Of a stretch of DNA of 64,000 bases, positions 63,131 through 64,000 are shown piece after piece. Source of the stretch: Glaucostegus cemiculus. Lineage: Eukaryota. The translations under genes and the position numbers were made by a program. The stretch is from assembly GCA_976551045.1 (NCBI GenBank), contig CDPCPM010000280.1:3162001-3226000 (forward strand), in the 5' to 3' direction. The first letter of the stretch is position 1; each line of letters opens with the position of its first letter. The notes below the pieces were generated by a model. The model was not told the origin of the DNA and ran no database searches. It saw nothing but the letters and a program-made list of their open reading frames with translations.

Positions 63131-64000
63131 GCAACTTAATTCTAGCGGAGAGCTTATGTGAAGGCTAAATTTGTGTTAACTTCTTTATACAAGTGATTTG
63201 TGTGCACTCCAGAAGGTGCAAGCTGAAGCAACAAGAATAATTTAGCCTGTAAAACTGCCCTTCTGCTGTACCAGACCCGTTACAGATCGATTGTTAAGCA
63301 GATGGCTTCAAGCCAAGCTAACATAGACCAGGACCTGAAAACACCAAATTTAACACCAGCAGAACCTGCTAAGGCCAGTGACTTGGAAAACAAGTTTTCG
63401 AACAATTCCACTAATTTGTGGCATGAGCTTCGACAATTAAGCCACAGCCAAGTCTGGTTTATATAAAAATCCATCTGGACCTGTGTCAGAGTTCGATGTA
63501 TTATAATCGGTGAGGCAGAGAGCAACTATTTAGCTGTTCACAGGCATTTAAATTTGTTGCTGCTACAGAGAGCTGACTCAAAGGAAGTGCTCATTAGTGT
63601 ACAAACCTGAAACATTCTTCAGCAAGCTGTATGATATGTGGTGAAACACTTAATACTAGTGGGCCCCATTAGTACACCAGCTATTTAAAAAAAAGCTATT
63701 ATTAACTTTGAAAATATTTCAGGAGGGCTGGAAAAACAGCAGAATCTCAGGGCCTTCCTAAAATATTTAACTCTCTATTTTCTTTGAAATAATCAGTTGT
63801 GGCATGGGAGTATTGTTATCTCCTGCACTTGTGAATTGTGACATTCCCAGTGGCATTATGGTAGATTCATGGTACTGCACTTTTTTTTTAACTGTCCAGC
63901 TTTAATGCAGATAACCTAGTAATAAATTCATTACTGTCCTTCAGTAGTGCTCCAAGTCAGTAAAAAAAAGCTTTGCATTTATACAGTTCTTTTCAAGTCC

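Overview
This is vertebrate genomic DNA, not prokaryotic: AT-rich, CpG-depleted and dominated by decayed retroelements. The repeat families (HE1-type V-SINEs, Deu-domain SINEs, CR1, Rex1/Babar, Penelope-like ends) point to a cartilaginous fish, probably a ray or shark. I can support only one host coding feature: a 135-nt phase 0/0 exon on the minus strand (23849->23715) encoding part of a PR/SET domain, best matching MECOM (PRDM3, MDS1-EVI1) exon 3. The rest is probably MECOM intron, and I found no neighbouring exon by eye. Almost all listed ORFs are spurious or TE-derived. The best leads are: (i) Penelope-like ends carrying degenerate minimal hammerhead-ribozyme cores, some in fold-back pairs; (ii) three candidate internal promoters or first exons for PR-less EVI1-type isoforms; (iii) a duplicated ~210-bp motif-rich segment; (iv) a 30-bp-period cryptic array; (v) candidate conserved enhancers. 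I see no convincing evidence of a wholly new system. Repeat boundaries are approximate, and family names come from recalled consensus motifs, not from searches.
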